Source: an uncultured Chloroflexia bacterium (GTDB lineage: Bacteria; Chloroflexota; Anaerolineae; Anaerolineales; Anaerolineaceae). From it: a DNA stretch of 32,000 nt. The position numbers and the translations under genes were made by a program. The stretch lies in NCBI GenBank assembly GCA_963704755.1, contig OY969938.1, positions 3,090,001 to 3,122,000 on the forward strand, read 5' to 3'. Positions 9,060-17,494 of the stretch are shown piece after piece. The notes beneath the pieces are model-generated. The model was not told the origin of the DNA. It did no database searches and saw only the letters and a list, made by a program, of their open reading frames with translations. The first letter of the stretch is position 1. Every line of letters begins with the position of its first letter.

Positions 9060-10487
9060 TCAGTTTTGAACTGAAACGCTTCCGACCACAACCTGATCAC
9101 CCTGGCTCAAACCGCTCAGGATTTGGGCATAGGAGGACGTCTTCAGGCCTACTTCGACCGTGCGTTTCTCCGGCTGATCCTGGTTGAGCACATAGACGTA
9201 GTAGCTCTCGTCATCTGCCTGGTGCAGAGCTTCGGTTGAAACCAGGAGGACGTTTTGGGCCTGGCTGCAGGTGACGTTGACGGTTGCGTTGGCGCCGAGC
9301 AGCAGGACCTTGTTGGCCAGGATGGAATTGTCTGACAGGTCGATGACCCCTACCAGCGTGCTGGACATCCCATTACCGCTCACTTTCGGCGATAGTTCGG
9401 ATATGACACCCTGGTAAACCCGTTCCTCGGCGGCTTTGAAAGTGACCTGGGCCGAACAACCCACGGCTACGTTTTCCAGGTCGGATACATCCACGTAGAA
9501 CTGCACCTGGGGTGTGTTCAAGTCAGCCAAAGTGATAAAGGCAGAAGTATCCACGGTTTCCCCTTCGGCAGCGGCGATCGAAGTAACGGTGCCGTCCATG
9601 GGCGCGACGAGGGTCAGGTTAGCGATTTGCTGCTGGGCAACGTTGACTTGCATTTCGAGGTCTTTTTCTTTGGCTTCGGCCAGAGCTAATTCTTCAGGAG
9701 TAGCGCCGTTGCTGGCGACCCGGTCATCGTAGGTCTTTTGAGCCTGGTCCATTTGGGCCTTGGCCAGATCGAGGTTAGCCTGTGACTCGGCAATTTCCTG
9801 GTCGGTGTAGCTTTCGCAGTACTGGTAGGTGATGAGGGCCTTATCCATGCTGGTTTTCAGCGGGTCCATGTGCTCTTCGATGTACTGGATGCCGTAAACC
9901 GAGGTCCCCTGGTAATATTTTTTATATTCCTCGTCCCAATAATCGTATTGTTTCTTGATATCTACATACTGGTTGTAGTAAGACTTGGTCAGGCTTACCT
10001 GGCAGCGCGGGTCGCCTTTTTGGTGCAGGTTATCCAGTGCGTCCTGGTAGGCCGACTGAGCGTCCGCAAGATCTCCCTGGGCCTCGGCTATCAACTCGGT
10101 CCCAGTGTTTTGTAAATCGGCCAGGTCTTGTTTGGCGCTATCCAGTTCAGTTTGCAAGGTCTCCAGGTTTTCTTCCAGCTCATCCCCACCGTCCAGGACG
10201 GCCAGGGTTTCGCCGGCTGTGACCGTATCACCGACCTGCACGTTTAGCTGAGCCACGGTGCTGGCGACAGGGAAGGTCAAGTCCACCTGGTCGCCTGCGA
10301 TCAGGCTGCCGGAGCCGGAAGCCGTGGTCGTCAGATTGCCAATGCTGGCCTTTTGGGTCTGGTAGCTGCTGCCGGCGGCCTGGGAATTGGCAGTGTTCTT
10401 CTCGATCAAGGTATAGACACCCCAACCGACCAATCCCAGGACGACGACGACGGCCAGCCCAAGCCAGAGCTTCATTTTTCTTTGCAT
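9060..10487 (-). CDS. HlyD-family membrane-fusion protein, paralogue 2
   Basis: 475 aa with a GAGGAA RBS. TM anchor, GDTVTAGETLAVL, coiled coil, APMDGTV. Confidence 0.85.
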   Translation of the reverse strand: MQRKMKLWLGLAVVVVLGLVGWGVYTLIEKNTANSQAAGSSYQTQKASIGNLTTTASGSGSLIAGDQVDLTFPVASTVAQLNVQVGDTVTAGETLAVLDGGDELEENLETLQTELDSAKQDLADLQNTGTELIAEAQGDLADAQSAYQDALDNLHQKGDPRCQVSLTKSYYNQYVDIKKQYDYWDEEYKKYYQGTSVYGIQYIEEHMDPLKTSMDKALITYQYCESYTDQEIAESQANLDLAKAQMDQAQKTYDDRVASNGATPEELALAEAKEKDLEMQVNVAQQQIANLTLVAPMDGTVTSIAAAEGETVDTSAFITLADLNTPQVQFYVDVSDLENVAVGCSAQVTFKAAEERVYQGVISELSPKVSGNGMSSTLVGVIDLSDNSILANKVLLLGANATVNVTCSQAQNVLLVSTEALHQADDESYYVYVLNQDQPEKRTVEVGLKTSSYAQILSGLSQGDQVVVGSVSVQN

Positions 10488-10515
10488 CGATTTCCTCGCT
10501 TCTTGATTGGGCCGT

Positions 10516-11952
10516 TTATTTGGTCGTCTCGACGGTCCCGGTCGATACGACTTCCCCTTCGCTCAAGCCGCTCTTGATTTCGGCAAATGCGTCATCCATC
10601 AGGCCGACTTGAACCACCCGTAAAGTCAGGGATCCATCATTATTCACCACTGAAACGGCATATTGGCCGTCACCCAGATTGTGGATCGCTTCGACCGGAA
10701 CTTCCAGAATATCCTTGGATTCGGCCAGGATAATTTCCACCGAAGCGTTCAGCCCCAGGGGCAGAGTGTTAGCGATGCTGGTAAAGCTGTCGTCTGTAAT
10801 CTTGGCCACGCCGGTCACGACCGAATAGCCGGCGGTAGACTGGAGCAAGGGGTTGACCTCCGTGATTTCGCCATCGAAGGTCTGGTCGGGGACCGCATCG
10901 AAGGTCACTTCCACTTTGGTGCCAACCACCAGGTAGTCCAGGTCAGCTTCATCCATATAGATGGCCAGTTGCGGGTCGCTGCGGTCGGCCACGGTGATAA
11001 AGGTACCGCCGCTGACGTATTCGCCCTGTCCGGCCGCGATCGACATCACGGTTCCGTCGATGGGACTGGTAATCGTTGCGCCGGCCAGGTTCTCTTGCGC
11101 AACTTCCAGCTCCAGTTCAGCCTGGCGTAAAGTGACTTCGGCGATGGTCAGCTCGTTGGGGTCGATCCCGGCGTTATCTTTCAGGGTGTCGTATGTTTTC
11201 TCGGAGCTTTGCAGGGTATTGGCCGCGATGGTCGCCTGAGCGCTGGCTTCGGTCTTTTCGAGATCGGTATAGGAAATGCAGTAGGCATAGTTGGCGGCGA
11301 CGGTCTGGTACTGGCTCTTGGCGTCGTCCCATTCCTGGTCGGTGCTTTCAGAAGTCAATTTATCGAGCTGATCTTTGGCCCGTTGCAACTGGGTAGTTAG
11401 ATTTTTGATTTGAGTACTGCTGCAGCGGGTGGAATCGGTTTTTTGCTGGGTCTGGTCGGCCGCGTTGGCGCTGTCCTGGTCATCCAGGTAGTCGATATAG
11501 GCCTGGGCCAGGGATTGGCCGGCGTTTGCGTATAAATCATCCATGGATTGCTGCGCCTGGAGATACGCTAACTGGGCGCTGGCCACAGCCGCTTCGAGTG
11601 TTTCGGTATTATCCAACTCCGCCAGCACTTCGCCGGCGGTGACCTGGTCGCCCACGGCCACGTTCAAGGTCTTTACCGTCCCGGCGGTCGAGAAGCTCAA
11701 ATCCATTGAACGACTGGCTTCCAGGGTGCCGGAACCAGAGGTCGATTCGATAATATCGCCGACGCGCACCGGGGAGGTATAGAAGTCCGCGTTGCTCTGG
11801 GATTCGGCTTTGGCAGTAAAGAGATTGGTTTGGGTCAGCGCCAGCCAGGTGCCTACCCCTCCGCCGACGACTACGATCACCAGGACCCATAACCACCATT
11901 TCCTGGTGCGTTTGGCGGGCTTGAGATCGACTGATATTTTGCTTTCTTTCAT
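10516..11952 (-). CDS. HlyD-family membrane-fusion protein, paralogue 1
   Basis: The ORF track start is 11988. ATG 11952 (MKESKIS...) has GGAGG 7 nt upstream. TM anchor, GDQVTAGEVLAEL, coiled coil, SPIDGTV. Confidence 0.85.
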   Translation of the reverse strand: MKESKISVDLKPAKRTRKWWLWVLVIVVVGGGVGTWLALTQTNLFTAKAESQSNADFYTSPVRVGDIIESTSGSGTLEASRSMDLSFSTAGTVKTLNVAVGDQVTAGEVLAELDNTETLEAAVASAQLAYLQAQQSMDDLYANAGQSLAQAYIDYLDDQDSANAADQTQQKTDSTRCSSTQIKNLTTQLQRAKDQLDKLTSESTDQEWDDAKSQYQTVAANYAYCISYTDLEKTEASAQATIAANTLQSSEKTYDTLKDNAGIDPNELTIAEVTLRQAELELEVAQENLAGATITSPIDGTVMSIAAGQGEYVSGGTFITVADRSDPQLAIYMDEADLDYLVVGTKVEVTFDAVPDQTFDGEITEVNPLLQSTAGYSVVTGVAKITDDSFTSIANTLPLGLNASVEIILAESKDILEVPVEAIHNLGDGQYAVSVVNNDGSLTLRVVQVGLMDDAFAEIKSGLSEGEVVSTGTVETTK

Positions 11953-12241
11953 TAAAAACCTCCGATATGGATTTCGTACCCCAGTCAAAAAATAAAATGC
12001 AATTTCTCGGGCATGGGCAAGAAATTTCTGGAACCGTGGGGTTTATGGGAAGGTACCCCTGCAACCACCGCAAATCCGGGGTTCATGCCCATCAGGTTGA
12101 GCCATTTCAAAAAATCTTTTATTGAAAAGGTCTTTGGGAAAATTCGCACCCTGCCTTACTGGAAAGCATCATAAAGGTAAGATGTTTAAATCTTGTTTAG
12201 ATGGAATTTATGATTGGTATAACTTTTTGGAAGAATAAAAA

Positions 12242-12545
12242 ACCTCCCCAAAAATCCCGTTTTTGGATTTTGGGGGAGGAAACTGGCGCTTTCCCCCAAA
12301 TCAAAAACCAATTTGGGGGAAAGCAGGGAAGGGGGGCGCTGCGCCGGCCGTCCAGTGCGCGTGGGCCGGTGTGATCGCGTCTCAGCTACCGCAAAAAAGC
12401 GGGGTGTTTTTATTGTTTATCGCGTGCGAAGCACGCGATAAACAATAAAAACACCCCGCTTTTCCGAACGAGACTGAGTAGGAATAAAAACTACACCTGA
12501 AAGCTCCTGGTCTCCCCCCCAAAAAAACCGTTTTTGGGGGAGGGA
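12242..12545. repeat. cluster of four palindromic hairpins in one intergenic region
   Basis: Three C5A(n)/T(n)G5-type hairpins: cctccccaaaaatcc...ggattttgggggagg (~12242-12280), ctttcccccaaat...atttgggggaaag (~12288-12322) and ctcccccccaaaaaaacc-gtttttgggggaggg (~12512-12545). The fourth is family 2 copy B at 12395-12463. Confidence 0.75.
12395..12463. repeat. hairpin repeat, family 2, copy B (perfect 33-bp stem, GAA loop)
   Basis: aaaagcggggtgtttttattgtttatcgcgtgc-gaa-gcacgcgataaacaataaaaacaccccgctttt. Differs from copy A by paired substitutions that keep the stem. Confidence 0.85.
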
Positions 12546-12550
12546 TTAAG

Positions 12551-13597
12551 CTACATTCCCAGCACCTGGGCAAAGTCGGCCGGGACAACGCCGGGCGATT
12601 GGACCTGGTGCTGCCGGTAGAATTCGGTCACTGCGTTGGTGATGGCTTCGCTCTCGATGGAGACACCCTTCAGAGCCTGCTCCAGTTCGAGCAGGCTGTC
12701 GGCCGGGAAGAAGAAGAAATCGCCGGAGATGTGCACGTCGTCCAGCCGGCCGTCGCGGTTGACCGCGGTCACGCGGATCAGTCCGCCGGGGGTCTTGAGC
12801 ATCTTCTGCACCACATACAGGCCCTCGGCAATCTTGACCTGGGCCGCGTCCGGGCGGCGGCGGTCGTTGGCCAGCAGCCATTCGGGTGTGTTCATTTCGG
12901 CTAGCAGTTCGTCGGCTTTGGCGGTTAGTTCGCCGTCCAGCTCTTTGGGGGTCATTTCTCCCAGCAGGGGTGTGTACAGGCGGGCCAGCTCGGCGGCCAG
13001 GTCGGCGTTGGCGGGGATGCGGCCGGTCTCGCGCAGGAAGGTGGACAGGTTTTCGTACATGGTCTTGTGAACCTTGTCGCGGAATTTCTCGTCCGGCACC
13101 CGCAGCACGCGGGTCATGGTGTCGTAGTCGAAATCCTGGATGAAATTGCCCACCAGGATGAGCATGTCCTCTACCTGTGCGGCGCCGGTGCCGGAGACCT
13201 TGCGGCCCTGGGCGACGATGTCGTTGACCGGTTTGTACTCGGCCGGCACGCCGAACGCGCGGTAGGTGTCGATGACCGGGCCGAGGAACTTGCGGTAAAA
13301 CTCGGCGATGTTGGCCGGCACACCCGGCCGGTCGCGGCGCAGGATCAACTGGAAGAAAAGCTGCTGCCCGTCCAGGAAAACCGCCCCGCCGCCGACTTCG
13401 CGGCGAAAGACGGGAATATTGTGTTGGGCGGCGTATTCCAGGTCGATTTCCTGCTGGGCGTCCTGGTGGAAACCGATGCAGACGTAAGGCGTGGCCGGGC
13501 GCAGTACGAATAAGGCTTCGCGGCCCAGGTGGGCGGCGGCGTGGTATAGGGCCTGGCTGTATTCCCAGGAAACAGCATCCAAAAAGTAGAAATCCAT
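12551..13597 (-). CDS. lipoate-protein ligase family protein (BPL/LplA/LipB catalytic domain), paralogue A
   Basis: 348 aa with an AGGAGG RBS. FRREVGGGAVFLDG (RRxxGGGAV motif) and GRKVSGTGAAQ (catalytic Lys motif). Confidence 0.8.
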   Translation of the reverse strand: MDFYFLDAVSWEYSQALYHAAAHLGREALFVLRPATPYVCIGFHQDAQQEIDLEYAAQHNIPVFRREVGGGAVFLDGQQLFFQLILRRDRPGVPANIAEFYRKFLGPVIDTYRAFGVPAEYKPVNDIVAQGRKVSGTGAAQVEDMLILVGNFIQDFDYDTMTRVLRVPDEKFRDKVHKTMYENLSTFLRETGRIPANADLAAELARLYTPLLGEMTPKELDGELTAKADELLAEMNTPEWLLANDRRRPDAAQVKIAEGLYVVQKMLKTPGGLIRVTAVNRDGRLDDVHISGDFFFFPADSLLELEQALKGVSIESEAITNAVTEFYRQHQVQSPGVVPADFAQVLGM

Positions 13598-13621
13598 GGG
13601 CTTTTTTCCTCCTTAAGAAAT

Positions 13622-13998
13622 AACCACGGAGACACGGAGAACACGGAGAAGAAAAAGAGAAGAAAAATCACCGCAGAGGCGCAGAGCACGCTGAGAAGAA
13701 TTCTTAGCAAGAGCGCCGTCGTTGGGTGCGTTTGAGGGCTGAAATTTCGAACAGGATCGAATAAACGGACTGCTGGCTTTCCCAGGCGTGCCCGGAACGC
13801 ATCGTTAGAACGCGGCCTTTACGCAAATGTGCAATGTATCAACCAGGGGCACAGAGTTCAAAGAGAAGAACTTTAGATACAAATTATAACAATTTTGAAA
13901 ACCAGGGATTTAAATTGTAAGGCAAAGAACTAAGCAAATTCGAGATGCGTTTTTAAACCTTTCTTTTTTCTTCTCCGTGTCCTCCGTGTCTCCGTGGT
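13622..13998. repeat. MITE-like element: ~35-bp terminal inverted repeats made of three 8-9-nt iterons (CACGGAGA), flanking ~300 bp of AT-richer non-coding DNA
   Basis: Left end aaccacggagacacggagaacacggagaagaaaaag. The reverse complement of the right end is aaccacggagacacggaggacacggagaagaaaaaag. It fills the gap between two ligase genes and contains no credible ORF. Confidence 0.6.
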
Positions 13999-14016
13999 TT
14001 AACTTCCCTCTGTGGA

Positions 14017-15003
14017 TTAACATTCCTTGGCCAGCAACGCATTCCACTGGTCGAAGGGCTGGCCACGCAGGCGTTCTTCCAGCCTATGCCAATCGTGAGT
14101 GGGCTGCGATTCCAGGACGGCTTCCTGGATGGTCTCGCCGGCCAGCCAGAAGTTGCCCTTAATCGTATAGCCAGCCAGGCCAGCCTCCTCATAGCGGATG
14201 CTGGCGCGGGCCGAGATTTTCAGGTTTTGCACCGGCGCGACGGCCGTATCGGGGCGGTGCAGGGCCAGGAAATCGGTCGCGGCCAGTTCGGCTGCCTGGA
14301 ACTCTACGGCTTCTAATTCGGCAGAGGTTAATTGGCCTGGTTGCAGCGGCCGGCCCATCGTTTCGGCATAGGCGTCGATCAGCAGGTCAGCGACCTGCTC
14401 CGCTGTGATCCCCGGCAGCAGCTCATTCAGGCAGGTGATCCGCTCGCGCAGGGCTTTTTGGGCCAGCCCGCGGAAAGCGGGGGTGGGCGCCTGCCAGACG
14501 GCCGCCATGGCGGCGAAATCGAAATCGAACAGCAGATTGCCCACCACCACGGTCGCTTCACCGATCTGGCCTCCGCCGGTCCCGGCGATGCGCTTCCCGT
14601 CCACTTCGATCTCGTTGACCTCGTGCAGGGCGGCGTTCAGGCCCAGCCGGCCCAGGGCCAGCACCGGGGCGGCCAGGGCGAAGGCGAAGATGTCCTTGAA
14701 CATCACCGGCATGTGCTGCCGGTGGAAGATGCACTGGTAGAAGACCTGGTTCTCGTCCAGGTAGGTCGCCCCGCCGCCGATCCGCCGGCGCAGCACCGGC
14801 AGGCCGCGCCGGGCGCATTCCTGCGGGTCGAAGATGCTTTCGAAGACCTGGTGGTAGCCCAGGCACAGGTATGGCTCGCGCGGGCGGCACAGGACGATCG
14901 TATCGGGCGAATCGTCGTCCATGCCCTCGGCCAGGGCATGGTAGATGGCCTGGGTCTGGGGGGAAGGGAGGCTGCCGAGGTTGATCAGGCGAATCGGGTT
15001 CAT
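14017..15003 (-). CDS. lipoate-protein ligase family protein, paralogue B
   Basis: 328 aa. LRRRIGGGATYLDEN and GKRIAGTGGGQ motifs. Same fold family as 12551-13597 but divergent. Confidence 0.8.
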   Translation of the reverse strand: MNPIRLINLGSLPSPQTQAIYHALAEGMDDDSPDTIVLCRPREPYLCLGYHQVFESIFDPQECARRGLPVLRRRIGGGATYLDENQVFYQCIFHRQHMPVMFKDIFAFALAAPVLALGRLGLNAALHEVNEIEVDGKRIAGTGGGQIGEATVVVGNLLFDFDFAAMAAVWQAPTPAFRGLAQKALRERITCLNELLPGITAEQVADLLIDAYAETMGRPLQPGQLTSAELEAVEFQAAELAATDFLALHRPDTAVAPVQNLKISARASIRYEEAGLAGYTIKGNFWLAGETIQEAVLESQPTHDWHRLEERLRGQPFDQWNALLAKEC

Positions 15004-15042
15004 AGAGGTCTGTGGGAGGGCTTATTCAGCCCCTCCCCCTGC

Positions 15043-15234
15043 CCCCTCCCCGCTGGCAAAAGCCTGTGTAAAACAGAGGTTATATGCGGGGAGGGGAGAA
15101 GATTTAAGAGGAGAGGGGCCAAAGGCCCCTCTCCTCTGTATTTCTTTCCCTTCCCCCAGCGAAATAAGCCTGGCTATCCCGGGCTCTATTCGCTGGGGGA
15201 GGGGTAGGGGTGGGGGCCGGGAAAATTCCCGGCC
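15043..15234. repeat. array of four G/C-rich hairpins (CCCCTCCCC/GGGGAGGGG type)
   Basis: Stems pair 15043-15053 with 15087-15097, 15107-15120 with 15124-15137, 15148-15163 with 15189-15204, and the two arms of 15215-15234. Located between the radical-SAM stop (15238) and the ligase start (15003). Confidence 0.7.
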
Positions 15235-15237
15235 GTC

Positions 15238-16347
15238 TCAGTCGGCGGCCAGGGCGGCCTGAGACCACACTTCCTCCAGCCGCATTTGCTGGCGGATGAT
15301 GGCCAGGTCGTCGGCGTCTGGCTGGAAGGGGTAGTCGCGGTATTCCTCGCCGGGGCGATAGGAGCCGTAGGGGCGGTTGCAGGCCATAACCCCATGCCGG
15401 TTGGGGCAGCCGTCGGTCATGAAAGGAATGCCCGCGCGGATGGCGGCCTCCACGGCCGCTTCGGGCGCGTCCAGGTGCAGCAGGTTACCGGCTTCATCGT
15501 AGCTGATGGCATTCGGCGCAATCTGGCCGTTCTCGATCAGGTATTTGACCAGTTGCACCCGGCGGTGACGGGCGATCGGCTGGCGGGGCTGGTCCTGGGT
15601 GACCGTGCCCGGCTCGGGGTTGAACGAGAACAGGTAGGCGGCAATCTGTTCGTCGTGGAGCTGGAAGAACAGTTCGAACAGGTCGCGGTCGCTCTCGCCC
15701 AGGCCGACGATGACGTGGCAGTTGACGTTCAGCGACCCAAAAAGGTCGCGCGCCAGGCGGATCATCTGCCAGTGGTAATCCCACTTGTGCGGGCCGCGGG
15801 TCTGTTTGCCACGGGCCTGGTCGAAGATCTCTTCGGTAGCGCCGTCCAGGCCGATGCCGATGATATCCACACCGGCCGCGCGGATCTCGCGCAGCTTTTG
15901 TTCGTCCATCAAGGTGGCGCTGACCAGCGCGGCGATGGGCACCTGCGGGGCGCGGCTGTGCACCCGCTGGATGATGTCCATCAGGTCGTCGTTGGCGCGG
16001 TGATCCTGCACCTGCGAAACGCACACCCGCCCGACCTCACGTTTGGCTTCCAGTTCGGCGATCTTTTCGGCCACCAGGTCGGTGGGGTAGAGCGGCCAGG
16101 CTACGCGGATAAAGGTGTTGTCTTCGGGCATCCCGGGGCGCTCGCGGGCCAGCCCGCAGTAGGTGCAGTTGGCGTAGCAGCCTTCGGGGTAGTTTTGCAG
16201 CAAATTGATGCAGTCACAGGTGCTGCGGTAGATCCGGCCGGGCTTAAGCCCCAATTCGATGGCCGCTGCCATGCTGATGCGCACATATTCCGGGCTGATT
16301 TGGTAAAGTTCTGCTTGTTGGCTGGCGGGTACGGTGACTTTCGCCAT
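15238..16347 (-). CDS. radical SAM protein, LipS1/LipS2-like (putative lipoyl synthase subunit)
   Basis: 369 aa with a GAGGA RBS. CxxxCxxC radical-SAM motif (GCYANCTYCG). Context of lipoate ligases plus LbpA. Confidence 0.7.
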   Translation of the reverse strand: MAKVTVPASQQAELYQISPEYVRISMAAAIELGLKPGRIYRSTCDCINLLQNYPEGCYANCTYCGLARERPGMPEDNTFIRVAWPLYPTDLVAEKIAELEAKREVGRVCVSQVQDHRANDDLMDIIQRVHSRAPQVPIAALVSATLMDEQKLREIRAAGVDIIGIGLDGATEEIFDQARGKQTRGPHKWDYHWQMIRLARDLFGSLNVNCHVIVGLGESDRDLFELFFQLHDEQIAAYLFSFNPEPGTVTQDQPRQPIARHRRVQLVKYLIENGQIAPNAISYDEAGNLLHLDAPEAAVEAAIRAGIPFMTDGCPNRHGVMACNRPYGSYRPGEEYRDYPFQPDADDLAIIRQQMRLEEVWSQAALAAD

Positions 16348-16360
16348 AATCTATCCTCAC

Positions 16361-17494
16361 TTAAGAAATGTTGGCCACAGATGCACACGAATGGACACAG
16401 ATGAAGATTTTATAAAACCCAAAAAGATGTGTTTGCTGGGGCTTCGCCCCAGCAAACACATCTTTTTTTGATTCTTTATCTGTGTGCATCTGTGTCCATC
16501 TGTGGTTAAATTCCACCCCGCAGCAAGCATTGATGAACTGCGGTTGCAGGCCGGCCTGGCGGGCGTAGTCGATGACGTCCGCGGCGGGGAAGGCGATGCC
16601 GTTCAGGCCCGCGTCCACGGCCAGGCGGTCGATGGTGGTCTTGAGGCTGCCCAACGGGCGCGCACAGCCCAACATCACCGGCGTGGTGGGGAAGGCCCGG
16701 CGCGCTTTGACAAAAAAGGCGCCGATCTCTTCCGCCGAGGGTGGCGTGACGCCGGACATCTCGGTGCGCGAGATGGGGGTCAGCACCACCAGCACCAGCA
16801 GCTTGGGTGGGTGGCGGGTGACCATCTCCAGGGCGCGTTCTTCGCCCAGCAGGCGGCCGAAGTGCAGGCCCAGCACAATGTGCGGCACGCTGGGAACGTG
16901 ATACTTTTCCAGCCAGGCCAGGGCCTCCTCGTAATCTTCGGGGTCGGCCGGCAGGTGATAGACGTCGCGGATCGTGTCGCGGTGGCCGATGATATCGATC
17001 ATCGCGCCGTCGAGGTCCAGTGCGCCTAGGGCCGCGCAGGTTTCTTCGTCCGGCAAACCCACGTGGACGCGCACGGCCAGACCCAGCTCGCGGCGGATAC
17101 GAGCGATCTCCGGCACCTGGGCCAGCAGGGGCACCCGCCCCTGGCGGTCGCTGCCGCCCGAGATCAACACACCACGGGTGCCGCGCTCGGCCAGCGAGGC
17201 GCATAGGTCGAAGAGCGAGCCTTGAAAATGATGTAAATCGGTCATGCCGCGCAGCATGCGGGTGTTGCAATGGGCGCAGTTCAGCGCGCAGGCGGTGCCG
17301 GTCAGGCTGACGGTGACGAATTCGTCGCTGGCCAGGTTGTCGTGGTCGCCGGTCTGGTAGCCGCGAAAGCCGGGCGTGTGGAAAAGGATCTCGGCGGAAA
17401 AATTGGCCTGGCGGATTGCCTGGCACTGCGCGAAAACGGCAGCCGAATCAGACAGTCCCGCCTGGTTCTCTGCCACCTGGAGCACTTCAGCCAT
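16361..17494 (-). CDS. radical SAM protein, LipS1/LipS2-like (second subunit); C-terminal ~47 codons run through a palindromic repeat
   Basis: 377 aa. CxxxCxxC motif (ACALNCAHCN). The ATG overlaps the end of the upstream ligase frame (ATGGCTGA). The tail NHRWTQMHTDKESKK...ICVHSCASVANIS is encoded by the repeat at 16375-16505. Confidence 0.7.
   Translation of the reverse strand: MAEVLQVAENQAGLSDSAAVFAQCQAIRQANFSAEILFHTPGFRGYQTGDHDNLASDEFVTVSLTGTACALNCAHCNTRMLRGMTDLHHFQGSLFDLCASLAERGTRGVLISGGSDRQGRVPLLAQVPEIARIRRELGLAVRVHVGLPDEETCAALGALDLDGAMIDIIGHRDTIRDVYHLPADPEDYEEALAWLEKYHVPSVPHIVLGLHFGRLLGEERALEMVTRHPPKLLVLVVLTPISRTEMSGVTPPSAEEIGAFFVKARRAFPTTPVMLGCARPLGSLKTTIDRLAVDAGLNGIAFPAADVIDYARQAGLQPQFINACCGVEFNHRWTQMHTDKESKKDVFAGAKPQQTHLFGFYKIFICVHSCASVANIS
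16375..16505. repeat. nested palindromic element: iteron-type inverted repeats (CACAGATG x3) around a 22-bp-stem hairpin (16421-16467)
   Basis: Left end ccacagatgcacacgaatggacacagatgaaga. The reverse complement of the right end is ccacagatggacacagatgcacacagataaaga. Centre aaaaagatgtgtttgctggggc-ttc-gccccagcaaacacatcttttt. Confidence 0.75.

Noticed and set aside
1141-12463. Family 1 and family 2 hairpins as classical Rho-independent terminators
   Set aside because: The stems are very long (25-33 bp) and are not followed by a clear T/U tract on either strand. A terminator role cannot be excluded, but the paired substitutions and repeated families fit REP-like structured repeats better, so they are listed as repeats.
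14332-16404. Long plus-strand ORFs (291 aa and 372 aa) opposite the ligase and radical-SAM genes; similar cases at 271-1062 (-), 4468-5352 (+), 6538-7425 (+), 20244-20939 (+) and 21777-23033 (+)
   Set aside because: These are typical antisense shadow ORFs of high-GC coding DNA. Their products are Arg/Gly/Ala/Pro-rich and low-complexity, with no recognisable motifs, whereas the opposite strand encodes proteins with clear family signatures.
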